Source: Botryllus schlosseri (Eukaryota). Taken from it: a stretch of 64,000 nucleotides of DNA. A program made the position numbers and the translations under genes. The stretch's first letter is position 1, and each line of letters starts with the position of its first letter. Where the stretch lies: positions 7,874,001 to 7,938,000 of the forward strand of contig CM119381.1 in assembly GCA_051294905.1 (NCBI GenBank), given 5' to 3'. Shown here piece after piece: positions 44,955 to 57,870 of this stretch. The notes below the pieces were generated by a model. The model saw nothing but the letters and a program-made list of their open reading frames with translations. It was not told where the DNA came from and ran no database searches.

Positions 44955-45603
44955 CATGTTCTGTGGGTTTTGATGCATGATTATCGATGGTATGGCATTC
45001 GTCAGTGCATATAGACTGGTTTCGTCTATGAATTGCATTGTATTGTGTTTTATTTTGTTGATTTTTATTAATTTTCAAAATTAATTTATGTTTTGCATGC
45101 GAAGGGACCTATAAGGTATCTGTGTCCCGCTTTTGTGCTATTGATATCTTAGTTCTGCATTTGTGAATAATTGACTTGTGACTCGGAGCATTGTGACTTG
45201 GTTACAACCCTGGTATTGATGATATAATGTTGTTTGTTGTTGCATGCGTAGTGACTGGTGATGTCACGGTGGTACCGCTTTTGTGCTGGTTAGAGTATGT
45301 ATTTTATTTCTTTGTTTTGTTTGAACACTATTGTTTATCTGAATTTCAGTTGCCAGTAGGACGGAACTATAATATTGCGAGTCGTTCCAAGGTGGTGATG
45401 TAAAATAGGGTTTTCGAATGCCACGCTTGGTTGGTATGTCGTTTCAATAGTTTACTTTTGCCCCTGCATATAAAATCGTTTCCTGTCTTCAATCCCTAGG
45501 ATTAGCTTCGGTCCCTATGATTAGCCCCAGTCCATATGTCGTGTGACCCTAGGTAAGAGATATTGACCAATATATTCGTTTTTTTACACCAAGTTCTTTT
45601 GAT

Positions 45604-45615
45604 AGGAAGGGGGAA
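45604..45615 (+). other. Polypurine tract of element A
   Basis: AGGAAGGGGGAA just 5' of the 3' LTR. Confidence 0.85.
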
Positions 45616-45617
45616 CT

Positions 45618-46122
45618 CTTAACAAAATATATTGGTATAACGGCATTTTAATAATAGTCAATAAGGAGTTGGTAAACCTTACGTAATTCCCTGAACTGAG
45701 ACCTGATAACTGATAAGACCTTTGTGAGTCGTATATTTTGTTGTGTGAACGTAGATAACAAAGTATGAAATCGTACGATGTTTTGGTGCATGAAACTCTC
45801 TCGTGGCTATTCGAGATATGCGTAGGTAATACCACGGAGAGACATTGATTCACATTCATCCATTATTATTTCGCTGATTCGGAAGTCGATTGCATTGCCG
45901 TACGTCATTCAATAAAGTTACAAGTCGTGGAGATAGAAACAATATATTCGTCAGTGTGATCCATCGAATACGTGTGCAATAGACAGGCTTCGTGGTACAT
46001 CAGCCAACAAGACCGTACGGCGTGGTTACGCCGGTCGTCGAACGCCAGGGAACACGCAGCGAATAGTAACCGCTGCCTTCTGGCGTTAATTATACAACTA
46101 CAAACATTCGCTCTGCGTTAGA
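45618..46122 (+). repeat. 3' LTR of element A
   Basis: Direct repeat of 7969-8491. Confidence 0.93.
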
Positions 46123-46127
46123 GGGGT

Positions 46128-46589
46128 TTTGATTTTTTGTTCATGCATCGTGCTTGGCTGGAACTCGCATTATGCGATTTATAATTTTTCTGCTAATTGA
46201 TTTTATTTTTGAGGTACCCTGGAGCGATCAACTTTATGCAAAAGTTGGCCAGAAACACACCATATTATATTTACTACTTCGCTGGATTGGTCCTAGTGTC
46301 CAGTGGACATACGGTTCTGCGTTACTTGATTGTACATGATTTAATTTTGGCATACGATTCTTTGACCTTGAAATTACGTTCCAACATTAGTGACTTAATT
46401 GACTGCAAATCAGATCTTGGACATTGTGTAAATGACCTTAGAACGTAGTGTGGGATGCCAGCGCATTGCGCAAATTTTGCTGCCCCGTTTTTTTGAGGAG
46501 AAACTCCATTATAGTAATGCATATGAACAACGTTGCCTTGTGTTGCATGAATTGAGATGAAGTCACTGGAATTGAGTTATAGATGCTTG
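46128..46589 (-). pseudogene. Ty1/copia relic, integrase core (right flank of element A)
   Basis: HYYNGVSPQKNGAAK resembles H...YTPQQNGxAER; colinear with the RT relic at 7390-7963 once element A is removed. Confidence 0.45.
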
Positions 46590-46850
46590 TGTTATGTTCG
46601 TGCATTTACGTTCAGTGTTGTTTCCTCATTGTCTCCTAATTTCTATAGGACTAGTAATTAACCCCAATCATTATTTCCCTGTGTGTCGTGCTTGTATTTA
46701 TACCCTGTGTTCTGTTGTCTCGTGGTTCTTTCGTTTAACTGGAGTCTGGATCGTGTCGCTGCCCAAAGTTACTCTGCTGATAATATACTGATTTCGTATT
46801 GCGACCTCGCCGTATTGAGATATTGTTCAAGCAAGACCAAGAACATAACA
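46590..46850 (+). repeat. 5' LTR of element C
   Basis: 10-bp terminal inverted repeat, AT-rich U5, followed by the PBS. Confidence 0.75.
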
Positions 46851-46852
46851 AT

Positions 46853-46870
46853 TGGTGTCAGATGTCGGAT
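46853..46870 (+). other. Primer binding site, tRNA-Leu-like
   Basis: TGGTGTCAGATGTCGGAT versus consensus TGGTGTCAGAAGTGGGAT (16/18). Confidence 0.75.
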
Positions 46871-46915
46871 TCATAGTTATTTCTGCGACGAACATATATC
46901 ATGTAAGCAAGTATA

Positions 46916-49900
46916 TTGCAGCTTCTAGAGAAGCAGCAAGAAATGATGGCGAAGCAACAAGGGCAGCATGAAGAAACCATGGCAAAACAAAAGGCACAGC
47001 TGGAGCAACAACAGGCACAGCTGGAGCAGCAAAATGCTCAGCACAGTGAATATTTGAAGCAACAAGCGAAGCAACAAGCAAAGCATGACGAAGCAATGGC
47101 GAAAGTCATGACAGAGATGGCGCAGTTAACACAGAGGTCGAGTCCCGGTGCTTCAACATCTGAAGCTACCACTCCCAAATTCGATTCGTTTGTGAAATCA
47201 AAGGAGAAATGGGACCAATATCTGCGACGATTCAACCATCACCTAGCAATTTACGGCATTTCCAACATGGAGAAAAATAGAACGTGTCTAGGCCTACTCT
47301 CATGGGTTGGACCTGAAACGCACTCGCTCCTACGTAATTTCTTTGGTGCTGCTGATGTCAGTGCGCAAACTTTCGACGCGTTGACTGAGAAGTTGTCTAT
47401 ACACTTCAAGGACTCAATTCATGTGCAAGCAGCCAGGTACGAATTTTACAGCTGTAAAATGCAACCGGGACAATCGTACGCCGATTGCATCGCTACTCTA
47501 CACGAAATCTAAAAAGATTGCAACTTCACATGCTCAAGAGATGGCTGTGATCAAATATACGTTGATGAACTAATGCGCGATCTCATCATTATAGAAACAC
47601 CGCACGCCGATGTGAGACGGCATTGTCTAACACAAACCAATCCATCCCTTGACGACGTTCTCAAAGTAGCCGCAACATGCGTGAGAACGCTGGAAACTAA
47701 AAGGGTGATCCAAGGCGAGAGTAGCGGTAAAGACGCTTCCGTCGTCAACAAAATGACGGGAAGTTATCAGAAGGGGAAAAAATCTTCCAAATTCATCCCG
47801 GGCAACTTCCCGGAAAGACTGAAACCCCGCAGCCGCTGTTTCATCGATCACCAGAGAAAAGACTGTCAATATCGACTTCACTGTCAATATCGACATTAAG
47901 TATGTCAGAAAAGTGGTCGGAAAGGTCATATCAAACCTGTGTGCATGTCTACTAAACCTAATATCACGCAACAGGTCACATCCGTCAATTTCTGCTCAGT
48001 GCCGCTCCTCTCCTTCGACATCGATGAACTTTATCGACGCATAGGAAACCAGCTCTGGATCAACTCCAGCATCAACGGCATTCCGTTGCCGACACAGTGG
48101 GACACTGGTGCACCATCCGCCATGGTGGGATTGACTGGGCTCTCCGAAACTCTCAGCATACCGTTGCTCTTTCGTAGCGTATGACGGCAAGCCATTGAAA
48201 GTGAAAGGTATTTGCACTGTAACTGTGCAGGTGGGTTCTGAAGTTCGAGTTGGCTTAAAATTGGTAGTTCTCGACGAACACCGTGGGCAAAATATTTTTG
48301 GTCTCGATTGGAGCGATGCTTTCTCCATGACCGCTAAGAGAACGTCTGCTTTGGATGCAATTTCCTCGCAGATGGTCAAATCGCAATCATGTGATACTAT
48401 TGACTTATGTGATTCGAACGACAAATTGGTATCTTTTCAGTCCAAATTTCCCGCCGTTTTCTCCAATGTATTAGGACGATGCACCAAGACAAAGTTGACA
48501 ATTAACTTGTAACCTAATGCCAAGCCCGTATTCAACAAGCCACGGCCTTTGCATTTCGAAAGGAAAATCGCTGTTCATACCGAATTGAATTGATTAGTCA
48601 ATCAAGGTATTCTCGAACCAATCAATTACAGTGATTGGGCAGTAATTGGGCAGCATCAATTTTTGCCGTCACTAAATCAAATGGATCAGTACGCATTAGT
48701 GGTGACTTCAAAGCATTGAATAAACAAATTCAGATTGATCAACATCCCCTGCCCTCCTTGGATGCAATTCTTCATAAGTTACAGGGTGGTTGTATATTCA
48801 CGAAAATAGATCTTGCCGATGCTTATTTTCAGCTAGAATTAGATGATGATGCGAAGAATATGTGTGTCATTAACACGCAATTCGGTCTATTCCGTTATCG
48901 ACAGATGTGTTTCGCAGTCGTGTCTAGTCCCGCAAAGTAGTATCGAGTATCTTGGTCACATAATTGACAAGGATGGCAAACGCCTATCTAACAAATCCGT
49001 TGAAGCAATCAAACAGTTGCCTAAACAGCCGGATGTTCGCCAGCTACAGGCATTCCTGGTCAAAGTCAATTATTATCGCGCGTTTATTCCCAATTTCACG
49101 AATAAAGCCGCTGCCTTGTACCGTCTTCTGCAAAAAGACGGGAAATTCATTTGGAATACGGACTGTGACGTAGCTTTTCGCATTCTCGAAAACGACGTAA
49201 TCGACGGTACGCAGTTAGCTCATTATGAAGTAAACAAGCAGCTCAGTTTGTCAACGGAGGCTTCTCAATTTGGAATCGGCGCTGTCCTCTCAATCGAGCA
49301 CGATTGCGAAGAGAGACCGATCGCGCACGCATCGAAAACGCTTTCCGATTCGCAACAATCCTACTCTCAGAGAAGGAAGCTTTGTCAATCATTTACGGAG
49401 TCACTAAATTTCGTCAGTTCTTGTATGGTAGAAAATGTACGCTCGTAACGGACCACAAACCGCTTTTAGCTATTTTCTCGCCGGACAAGAAAATTCCCGT
49501 GATTACAGCGCAACGCTTATAGCGATGGGCACTAACGCTCATGGCTTACCAATACGATATTCGCTATAAACCGACATATCAGCACGGAAACGCCGACGGT
49601 TTATCTTGCCTACCAAAGGGTCCCGACCCTGAGTTTGACGAACTGGAAATTCATGAAAACGCGGAGATCGTTCACGTTATTAATGAGGCATTCGACGGCT
49701 TGCCGTTAACTCGCAATGAAATTCGCGACGCGACGCTGAAGGACAAAACCATTAAGCTAGTAAAATTATCTGTCACTCATGGTAATTGGAATCCAAAGAT
49801 GCACATTGATGATTTTTCTTGGTTTTCGACTCGCAAACACTCGCTTTCTCTGCACGAAGACGTCGTCATGCTCAATATTGATGGTTTTCAGCGCGTAGTA

Positions 49901-51379
49901 ATTCCGCAGTCACTTCGCTCGCGAGTAGGGCTGTTCAAAAATAACCTTTTTTCCTCATTCTTGCGGGTTACTTGATTAAATCGTTAGGTTGCCTTAAAAA
50001 TTGACGCACACCAAATTTGAATTCATTCCAACCAATATTCGCGGATTTCGTAGAGTTTGAAAATTTTGAATTTGCCTAAAAATGCAAAAAAATTTTTTTT
50101 TCCAATTTTCCTTCCAACCTTATGAAATTGTTGCTCTGTCTTCAAAAACGATGCAAAACAAATTTGACTCGATTCCAAGCTGCAGAAGCCGAGTTATTCA
50201 AGTTTTTTGATGATAATTCTGGGATGATCCCCCAATCAAGGATAATCCCAGAATTATCTAAGAAAAACTGAAATAACTCCACTTCTACGGCTTCGAATTG
50301 AGTCAAATTTGTTTTGCATCGTTTTTGAAGACAGCGCAACAATTTCATGGGGTTGGCAGAAAAATTTGAAAAAAATTTTTTTTTTGCATTTCTAGACAAA
50401 TTCAAAATTTTCAAACTCTACGAAATCCGCGTATATTGGTTGGAATGAATTCAAATTTGGTGTGCGTTATTTTTTAAGGCAATCTAACGATTTAATCAAG
50501 TAACCCGCAAGATTCAGAAAAAAAGGTTATTTTTGAACAGCCCTACTCGCGAGTCTTATCATTGTTGCACGAAGGACGTTGGGGTATTGCGAAAATGAAG
50601 TAGATGGCTCGACGTTACATCGCATGGCCTTCCATTATTCGCGACATTGAAAATCTCGTTAAGAGTTGCGACGCTTGCCGTAAGGTAATGAAAGCGAAAG
50701 CGCCTGATCGTCAGTATCGCGAATGGCCTAAAACTTCTGAAAGCTTTGAAGGAATTCACTTGGATTTCGCAGGTCCAATAAACAATAAAATGTTTCTTGT
50801 CATCGTCGATGCGCATTCGAGCGCATTCGAAATATCCTTTCGTTAAAGTAATGAATGTCGGTTCTACCACAACCTTGTGTGTGGTCAACGCTTTGAGGGA
50901 AGTCTTCTCTATCGAAGGCTTGCCCATGACAATTGTCACGGATGACGGGCCGCAATTCACATCGAATGAATTCGATACGTTTTGCTCTAATTTGGCAATC
51001 AGCCATATCGTATCACCGTCTTTTCAGCATGCCTCGAACGAGGAAGCGGAGCGTTTCGTCCATACTCTGAAAGATGGATTGATAAAAAATTGCGACTGGG
51101 GAAAAATCTCAACTTTGCGCTCCAAACACTTCTCGCTACTTACCGATGTGCACCGCACCCGGGCATAGACAGGAAAACGCCTGCCGAGAGTTTACACGGT
51201 CGACAGCCACGCAATTTGTTAAGTTTGTGCTCGCCCTTCGATAAATCGAAACCCGTTGCGCCTGGACAATCAGTCACTCATTTCGAGATTGGTTCCTCGG
51301 TTTACGCTCGCAGTTACCGGAGCAGTCCAAAGTGGGTTGCTGGCGTGGTGACAGAAATACTGGGGCGTATTGTGTTTAT
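46916..51379 (+). pseudogene. pol: Element C gag-pol, heavily disrupted (RT YxDD region deleted)
   Basis: Q-rich coiled N-terminus, FDS..EKW..YL.RF, QWDTGA, GDFKALN, IDLADAYFQ, YLGH, TEASQFGIG, TDHKPL, HGNADGLS, HEG.WGIAKMK, IHLDFAGP, TDDGPQFTS. Confidence 0.88.
49926..50545. mobile_element. Foldback-type hAT MITE (620 bp) inserted in the element C integrase
   Basis: TAGGGCTGTTCAAAA...TTTTGAACAGCCCTA, nearly entire length palindromic; 8-bp TSD CTCGCGAG; removal restores LRSRVLSLLHEG. Confidence 0.93.
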
Positions 51380-51720
51380 CAGGCGTGGGCAAACTTTTGA
51401 GCTTGCGGGCCGCATTCAACATCTGAATCCATTCGCGGGCTGCACTATATAAAATTGGTATTATAAACCAAATATTGATATTTTATTATCTAGTGAGGAC
51501 ATGGAGATAATATATGTGCTGTTTTAAAGCCAGCCAAACACTGCTTTGATGGTATCGTACACGCGTAAGAAACATAGTGACGAGATTTCATAGGCTGGCT
51601 AGCTATAGAGATGAAAGTCGGTTGTCCCGATTCTTAGAACAGTATTGAAATTTAAATCTGTGAGCAGTGATCTGTCCACTTCTGGTTCAGTTTCAGGACA
51701 CACAATGCTGACAGCATCGT
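51380..51720 (+). mobile_element. hAT (Charlie/Buster-like) left end, truncated
   Basis: CAGGCGTGGGCAAACTTT terminus; homologous to 63771-64000; no right TIR seen. Confidence 0.7.
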
Positions 51721-54700
51721 AACCATGCGCTCCAAACACTTCTCGCTACTTACCGATGAGCACCGCACCCGGGCATAGACTGGAAAACGCCTGCCGAGAT
51801 CAACTTGACGCCAAAGAGGAGCGCTCTGACATTTTTAGCGTCGTTAGATTTTATCTTTGCTCGTAAATGTGTTAAACTATATGTTATTGTTGAGGAAAGT
51901 TTGTATTGCCCTGATGGTCGCCTGTCTGGGCGATCTTTAGTTCGTTTTAGTCAGAATTTATCACATTTTGCTACCCTAATTGCTAACAGAACGCTAATCT
52001 TTGTTCATTTATTCTTGATATAGGATCGCCGACCTCTACTATAAATTTCATATTTTGGAAATTCGTTTTTTTATATTTAGTAATAGCTTTCTTACTTCAC
52101 AGAACGCGTCTGTAGCTCAAATTCACGTCTCATTACATGATAGTATTGTTGAAGTTAGATGAGCCGACGCGCCCCGTACCTTACTGAGACGTTCTCCGAT
52201 TGTTCAGTAGGATAGATCCCTCGCTTGAAAGGATTATGATAGCATTTTATCACACGTATCATATGGCATGTTCATCAGAACTTGCGTGAGTTGTCTGCTT
52301 CACATGTCCCCAACCGTTTATTACACCTTTACAACCTTAAATGCTGTTAGGTGCAGCATATGTTCATTTCATTTGGAATTACCGTATAACCCTTTCCTTA
52401 CGTCACGTCAAGTAGTTACCACCTATATATGGCTTGTAGTTACAGGGCTTTGGAGACATTTATTTCAATTTATTTTATCGTTACTTGTTTCTCGTGTGTC
52501 GTATTCGTGCTTTTCCTAGTTGTTAGGTCATTTTCAAAGTGATGCTGGCTGCCATGGGCTGTTTCAGATTTGCGCGCACGATTCCGATCCCACATTCGCT
52601 TCCGGTGCATCGAGCTCTCATAGTCAAAAGGACATCGCACGTTTTCGATCAATTCGGGGAACAATTCTGGCATCATTTCGTGTTACGAAATCAACTGTAC
52701 CGATTCGCAACGAAACGATAAATCGAGCAAACGGTTGACGCCGACAAGACACTACCAACTGTAGCAAAAGGATGCTGATGTTGACCACATGTCCACAGCA
52801 GATTACCGACGTAATACCGCTCTCAACCTCATTCGACCGACTGACTCAACCTCGACCGCTCTCTACACCAATCGACCGATTATGTCGCCACGTACGAAAT
52901 AACAGCTTTGGTACTGCGAGAGCCAATCCCCTGAAGTCTGTTCAAGCCAGACCAGCCGCGAATCCAAATAAATATCACGCAGTTTTCCACAACAGGAAAA
53001 AAGAGCCAGACCTCATTTGAAACCTGCCGTGTATATGCTACAGCAGTCAGATATGTCCCTCAGCTATTGAGTAGCAGATGAGCACCGCGAGATTGAAGTA
53101 AGCGTCGATTTTACTCAATCGTATTTTATACTGATCGAACTCTAAGTACCGTTTTGTTTTCAATGGTCACACTTGTAAATATTGGTGAGCAGGACTGGTG
53201 TTTGAAGTTAGATATCCTCCTTTGGTGGGCAGTTGTGCCATTATCGATTTCTTTGAGCCACCGATGGAAAATATTGTTATTCTAGCATTTTTGGTTAGAA
53301 GTTGTGTTCATTTTATATGATTCTTCTTGTGTCTTAGTGATAGATGTCGCGCTGTTTTTTTTTTAATTCGGTTGACTTGTATATTAGAAAACCATTGATA
53401 AAACCTTTCTAGTGCAACGCCACTTAAGTAAACAAAAAGATTTTAGGCCTAATACCTTTGCTATTGTTTCGATGATGTGTTGGTCTCGTATTTTGTTAGG
53501 CTACAATTGCCTGGTATTTTGCAGGCTAAAAATGTGTGTTATTTTAACTAGTACATTAGAAAAGCCGTAAAAAACTACGTTTGCACATCATGAATTTGTT
53601 TAATCAAAGTTTAGGCTCAATTCCTTGTCATTGTTCGGATATTCCGTGTAACTTTGTGTAGTCTAGGGTTGCCATACGTCCCTCACTGTTGAAACTAGCG
53701 TCCGGGAGGAATCTCTAAAATATGCCAAATGTCCGGAATTTTGACGTAGGCTCATAATTATTTCGTAAATCAGCATAAAACAATATGTTTTGGGAATATT
53801 TATGCTGATGCATGATATTTTTTCTTCGCGCTGCGCGCGATTTGCTATCACATTTATTGATTCTAATATGGAGACTGCCACCCTCTCAAAAACTGCCATA
53901 AAATATAAATAGAAAAACCTTCATTTACTGGAATAAGCCGAATTGCAATCACAATTATACGAGAACGGTATATTCCTAGAGATCGTTAAGGCCGTCTAAA
54001 TGCGTTATGCAAAGATAGTGGTTCAAAACGGGGGGTTGCATGACTTTATTCTGGGTTTGCGAATATGTTGAACGTAATCAGCGTCAAAAATAGCCCGTGA
54101 GTCAGTTTGAGCAAATGTGCTGACTTATTTCAGTAATCAGCTCGTCAAATTTTGATCTGGGCCACGGTACATTTTCAAATTGGTGATGGAGTCGCGACCA
54201 TAAAAGGTTGGAAACCACTGGATGTGGGGTGTTTATGAAGTCCGTGGTCGCATCGGTAGGACATGAACATGACTTAACGATGTGCAGTTACGCTCCCTGT
54301 ATTTTCGAACTCATCATCCTCCATGACCAGCTCCACCACTAACTCTGATGCTGTGACCTGAGAGTAGTAGTAATATATGGAACGACCAATATTATCGACA
54401 GAGTTCATTCAAATAATTTAACGATCAGATGCATATAGAAACCAGATCCATATAGCACCGCACCCCCCTCCCCCCCATAAGTTGCACTGATTACCCTATA
54501 GTGTGGGCTCAAAATCATTGCGTATTTGGGCAGGAGGGGGCTGAAAACATGTGCTTTCGGTCCCAGTCACAAAACGCACAGCCACATACTCCTGACCGGA
54601 TCATGACCATTCCTCGGGTCTATGAGCAAAACTTAGCTATTGTGACGTCATAACCCACACTAAAGGGTGTTGGGAATTTGGGTTGCAGAAATATGGTAAC

Positions 54701-54885
54701 CCTAAACTACAGGAGTCGTTTGAGTAATTGCCTAGACACTCGCATCTGCCTATTCAAGTGCCTTCTATTGGGGACGGTGGAGTTCCCTGGTCTATAGGAC
54801 CCTTTCCGTATTTTTATTGGACCCAACATCTTGAATTGATTTTGTGATTTCTTGGTTGTGTAATTGGATTTTCCACCTAATTTAA

Positions 54886-55378
54886 AGGGGCACTGCGCTC
54901 TAAAAATGATGTGGTCTCAAATTGAAGGTAAAAACAAACAAGAATTTTTGGCCGTAGCCATTTCCTTCAGAACGCCACCGTAATGAAGCTGCAATTTATT
55001 GAAATTTCTACAAGACCAGCGTCCGCGGCTGCTTAACCCGTTACATTGCACGATGTCGTCATCGTCGCACTTGCTCGACACGATAAGGCAGTCACGCAGA
55101 GAACGAAACTCAGACACATTTCCTTCATAACATTAGCTGACAACTATCTAAAATTCGTTCTCTGCGAGACTGCCTAATCTCGTTTAGCCTAAAGTGCGAC
55201 GGTGAAGATATCGTGCCATGTAACGGGTTAAGCAGCCGCGGCAGCTGGTCTTGTAGAAAGCTCAATAAATTGCAGCTCCATTACGGTGGCGTTCTGAAGG
55301 AAATGGCTGCGGCCAGAAATATTTGTTTGTTTTTACCTTCAATTTGAGACCACATCATTTTTAGAGCGCAGTGCCCCT
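54886..55378. mobile_element. Kolobok-type MITE (493 bp)
   Basis: TTAA-AGGGGCACTGCGC...GCGCAGTGCCCCT-TTAA with ~200-bp inverted arms. Confidence 0.9.
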
Positions 55379-55382
55379 TTAA

Positions 55383-55900
55383 CTGAGTAAGTTTCCTTTT
55401 CAATGAATGGGCTGTGTTACGGATCCTGTTATCGTCCAACCATGAAATCTGTACATCTCGTAACCGAGAGACAACCTGTTCTAGAGTCATTTGCCTCTAG
55501 TATGAAACTACTGATTCTGAATCAGTGGACTCATATTGCCAAACCTACTTGTAACAGCGTCTGAAATATATTCGTTTGTCTTGCGTTTATCTGCGTCTTG
55601 AGAAGATCTCACCAGGATACAGGATTCCAGGTTAAGTAGTCAGCCAGCTAAACCTATAATACTCTGGTTCGCTATACTCCTACTCCCAGGAACATTATAC
55701 CCTGCATTGTTGCATTATATATGATAAACACAAGTAGGCGTACTGGAATAATTATTAGAAGTTCTAGCCCCATATGTTATTTTGCAACCTATGGTAAGAA
55801 ATTAATTTCAATTCAAAGGTAAGAAAAACGGGTGACTAGTCTGCTTATTCGATCAGTTAGTCTTAGTACTTCTCTCGGCATGTTCATTGCTCTGACATGG
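55383..55900 (-). pseudogene. Decayed LINE (CR1/L2-like) 3' coding remnant
   Basis: Degenerate LLNLES and FHTRG..L.NRL (cf. FFxxRxxxxWNxLP) on the minus strand. Confidence 0.35.
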
Positions 55901-56146
55901 TAGCAGATTGCATAACAAAATGACATTAATATAATTTTGTATTTTGGGTTGGAAACTTACGACACTTTTAGGTTTAAGATTGAACAGTAATCACTTAACT
56001 TGCCCACGCAATCATTCGTGAAAAAGCCATCGGGTTTTGACCTACTGGCCGGGGAGGCATTACGACACTTACATAATGTGCTATTGCCATTGCGGAGTAT
56101 CAAATTATGGCATTCCATTGCGTATATAGCCTTTACCATAAATCAG

Positions 56147-56300
56147 CATGGATTAGGATTAAAAAAAAAAATCGTGAAATTTTGACGGATTTGGATTGGA
56201 TTAGGATAAGAAATATTTTAATTTTGATTTGAATATACGAAAGTTCTGGATTACGATTTGGATTAGCATTTGAAGCTTTGGATTAGGATTGGATTGGGAT
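56147..56300 (+). repeat. (GGATT)n subterminal-type repeat cluster, probable DNA transposon end
   Basis: Repeated GGATT/GGATTAGGATT interspersed over ~150 bp. Confidence 0.4.
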
Positions 56301-57149
56301 ATAGAAATTCCAAATGCTCTTATCTCTGGCCTTTCGCGTTTTTGCAAATAAATAATGGATATTGTAGATGCAGCCTTGGAGCTTGGAGCCGTTCAAATAG
56401 CCAAATGGCTATTTGTAACTGCGCCGTGCGCATGACTGGGTGGAATATAAAGTGTTCAGAAAATTTTTTTGGTAATGACTCAAGAAAAACTTGAGGTCCA
56501 TTCGCATCTCCATCGTAAGAGCACCATTAAGGGACCAACCTTGCATCATATCCGCTACAATTGTCGGACAATTGTGACTTCACATTTCTGAGACTTGTTT
56601 GCCTGTTTATGAAGTGTGGTCTGGCAAAATCGAGTACGTGAGTGATTCGTCGAGTATTCGAACATCACCTATTATGACGTCACAACAAAATAGAATTCAT
56701 GTCAAAGATCAAATTTGATATGTTAGTTCGACTTGCGGCTATTATCACAATGACAGGGTAACTATAGTCAGAGATGTGGAAATATAGGCATACCTCCAAG
56801 TTGGGAATAGAATCTCCAAATTTTCAAGGAATAAAGATGTAATTTGTGATAGCGCTTATCTTCTCTGATTGTTGGCCAACTTGTAAATTCGAACCGCATG
56901 CTGGCGGTCCAGGACTTTCTTGCGCATCCCCTGCCCTGATACACATCATAATGGATTCTGACATCACTAGGCCTACTGATGGGGCATTTACCACAGTTGT
57001 TGATCCCATGTCTATGTCCATGTCCGTTCCTTTGTCTGCAATTTTTAAACATTTTGAAAATGTGCTGTAACATTTTACAATGTAGACCTACTGATCATAT
57101 GCACAATACACAATACTGTTGACGCACGCTATTCATTATTTACTGGAAA

Positions 57150-57870
57150 GTTTACACCCACTCGTACGTGGTAACGGCACCAAAATGCTTAGCAGTTCCT
57201 TAACTATGAACGAGCAATACCAAGAGTTTTATATGCAGCACTCCATCACTATGTTGACACAATTCACTACGAACCAATGATGTTCAACTGCATCCTTTCT
57301 CGACCGATTGCTACAACGCATGTTTTGCGACGGAATCCAAACAGCTCAACCATAGCCTTCAAACGGAAACATTCCACCAGAAGCCGACTTAACAGCACAA
57401 AATGACACGGTTATAAGCAACTGGTCCAGACTCCTATGTACTACTGAGAATGAGATTCTGTCAAGTCTCTGTGATTTTGATTGGGGCAGACGCTGTACCA
57501 GTTATTACGACTTTAGAAAGAGTTCGCAGTAACCGAGCGAGATTGAATTGGTGATGCTTTCGGTTCTTGGTCGCTCTACGACCGGGTCAGACCATTGACT
57601 CAAAAACTTGTAACCGCGGCTATCTTGCTATGTGCTCAGCATCTACGGATGTCATGAAGGAGAAAAACAGGTTGCAGACGGGGTGACGTAACGGTCGTGT
57701 CACATCTCGGTTGTCAAAGAGCCTCGATGATGCAGGCGAAGAGTGAGATAACGCAATCATGTTTACCCGAATGGCATCGAGAGAAATTATCGCGAAGAAT
57801 CTGTGACCAATCTTTGATGCAGCCTTAAATCACATCAATGGTGTCTATATTTTACCCAAGTTACCAAGTG
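57150..57870 (-). pseudogene. Very decayed Ty1/copia integrase region
   Basis: Frameshifted traces of (W)HQRL(G)H, VH..V.GP, LK...ELF, GVLH on the minus strand. Confidence 0.35.

Larger units (their letters stand above)
7969..46122 (+). mobile_element. Element A: env-bearing Gypsy (Metaviridae, CsRn1/Boudicca-like) LTR retrotransposon containing nested insertions
   Basis: Direct LTRs 7969-8491 and 45618-46122, flanking 5-mers GTGGT/GGGGT (4/5 match), PBS, gag, PR-RT-RH-IN order, third ORF, PPT. Confidence 0.93.
46590..51379 (+). mobile_element. Element C: Gypsy (Mag/K02A2.6-like) LTR retrotransposon, 3'-truncated
   Basis: LTR 46590-46850 (TGTTATGTTC...GAACATAACA), PBS, gag and pol fragments; no 3' LTR found. 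Confidence 0.85.

Noticed and set aside
51800-53200. Expected 3' end and LTR of element C
   Set aside because: No match to the 46590-46850 LTR and no convincing integrase C-terminus.
54016-54220. Charlie-like MITE (AGTGGTTC...GAAACCACTG)
   Set aside because: Left end degenerate and no TSD; plausible but not supportable as a bounded feature.
53664-54704. TAGGGTTGCCAT...ATGGTAACCCTA as one hAT element
   Set aside because: Flanking 8-mers (GTGTAGTC vs AACTACAG) are not direct repeats; may be two independent ends.
56792-57040. Possible host exon on the minus strand (TTGCAG...GAG|GTATGC, open frame)
   Set aside because: No recognisable domain and no partner exons; surrounded by TE relics.
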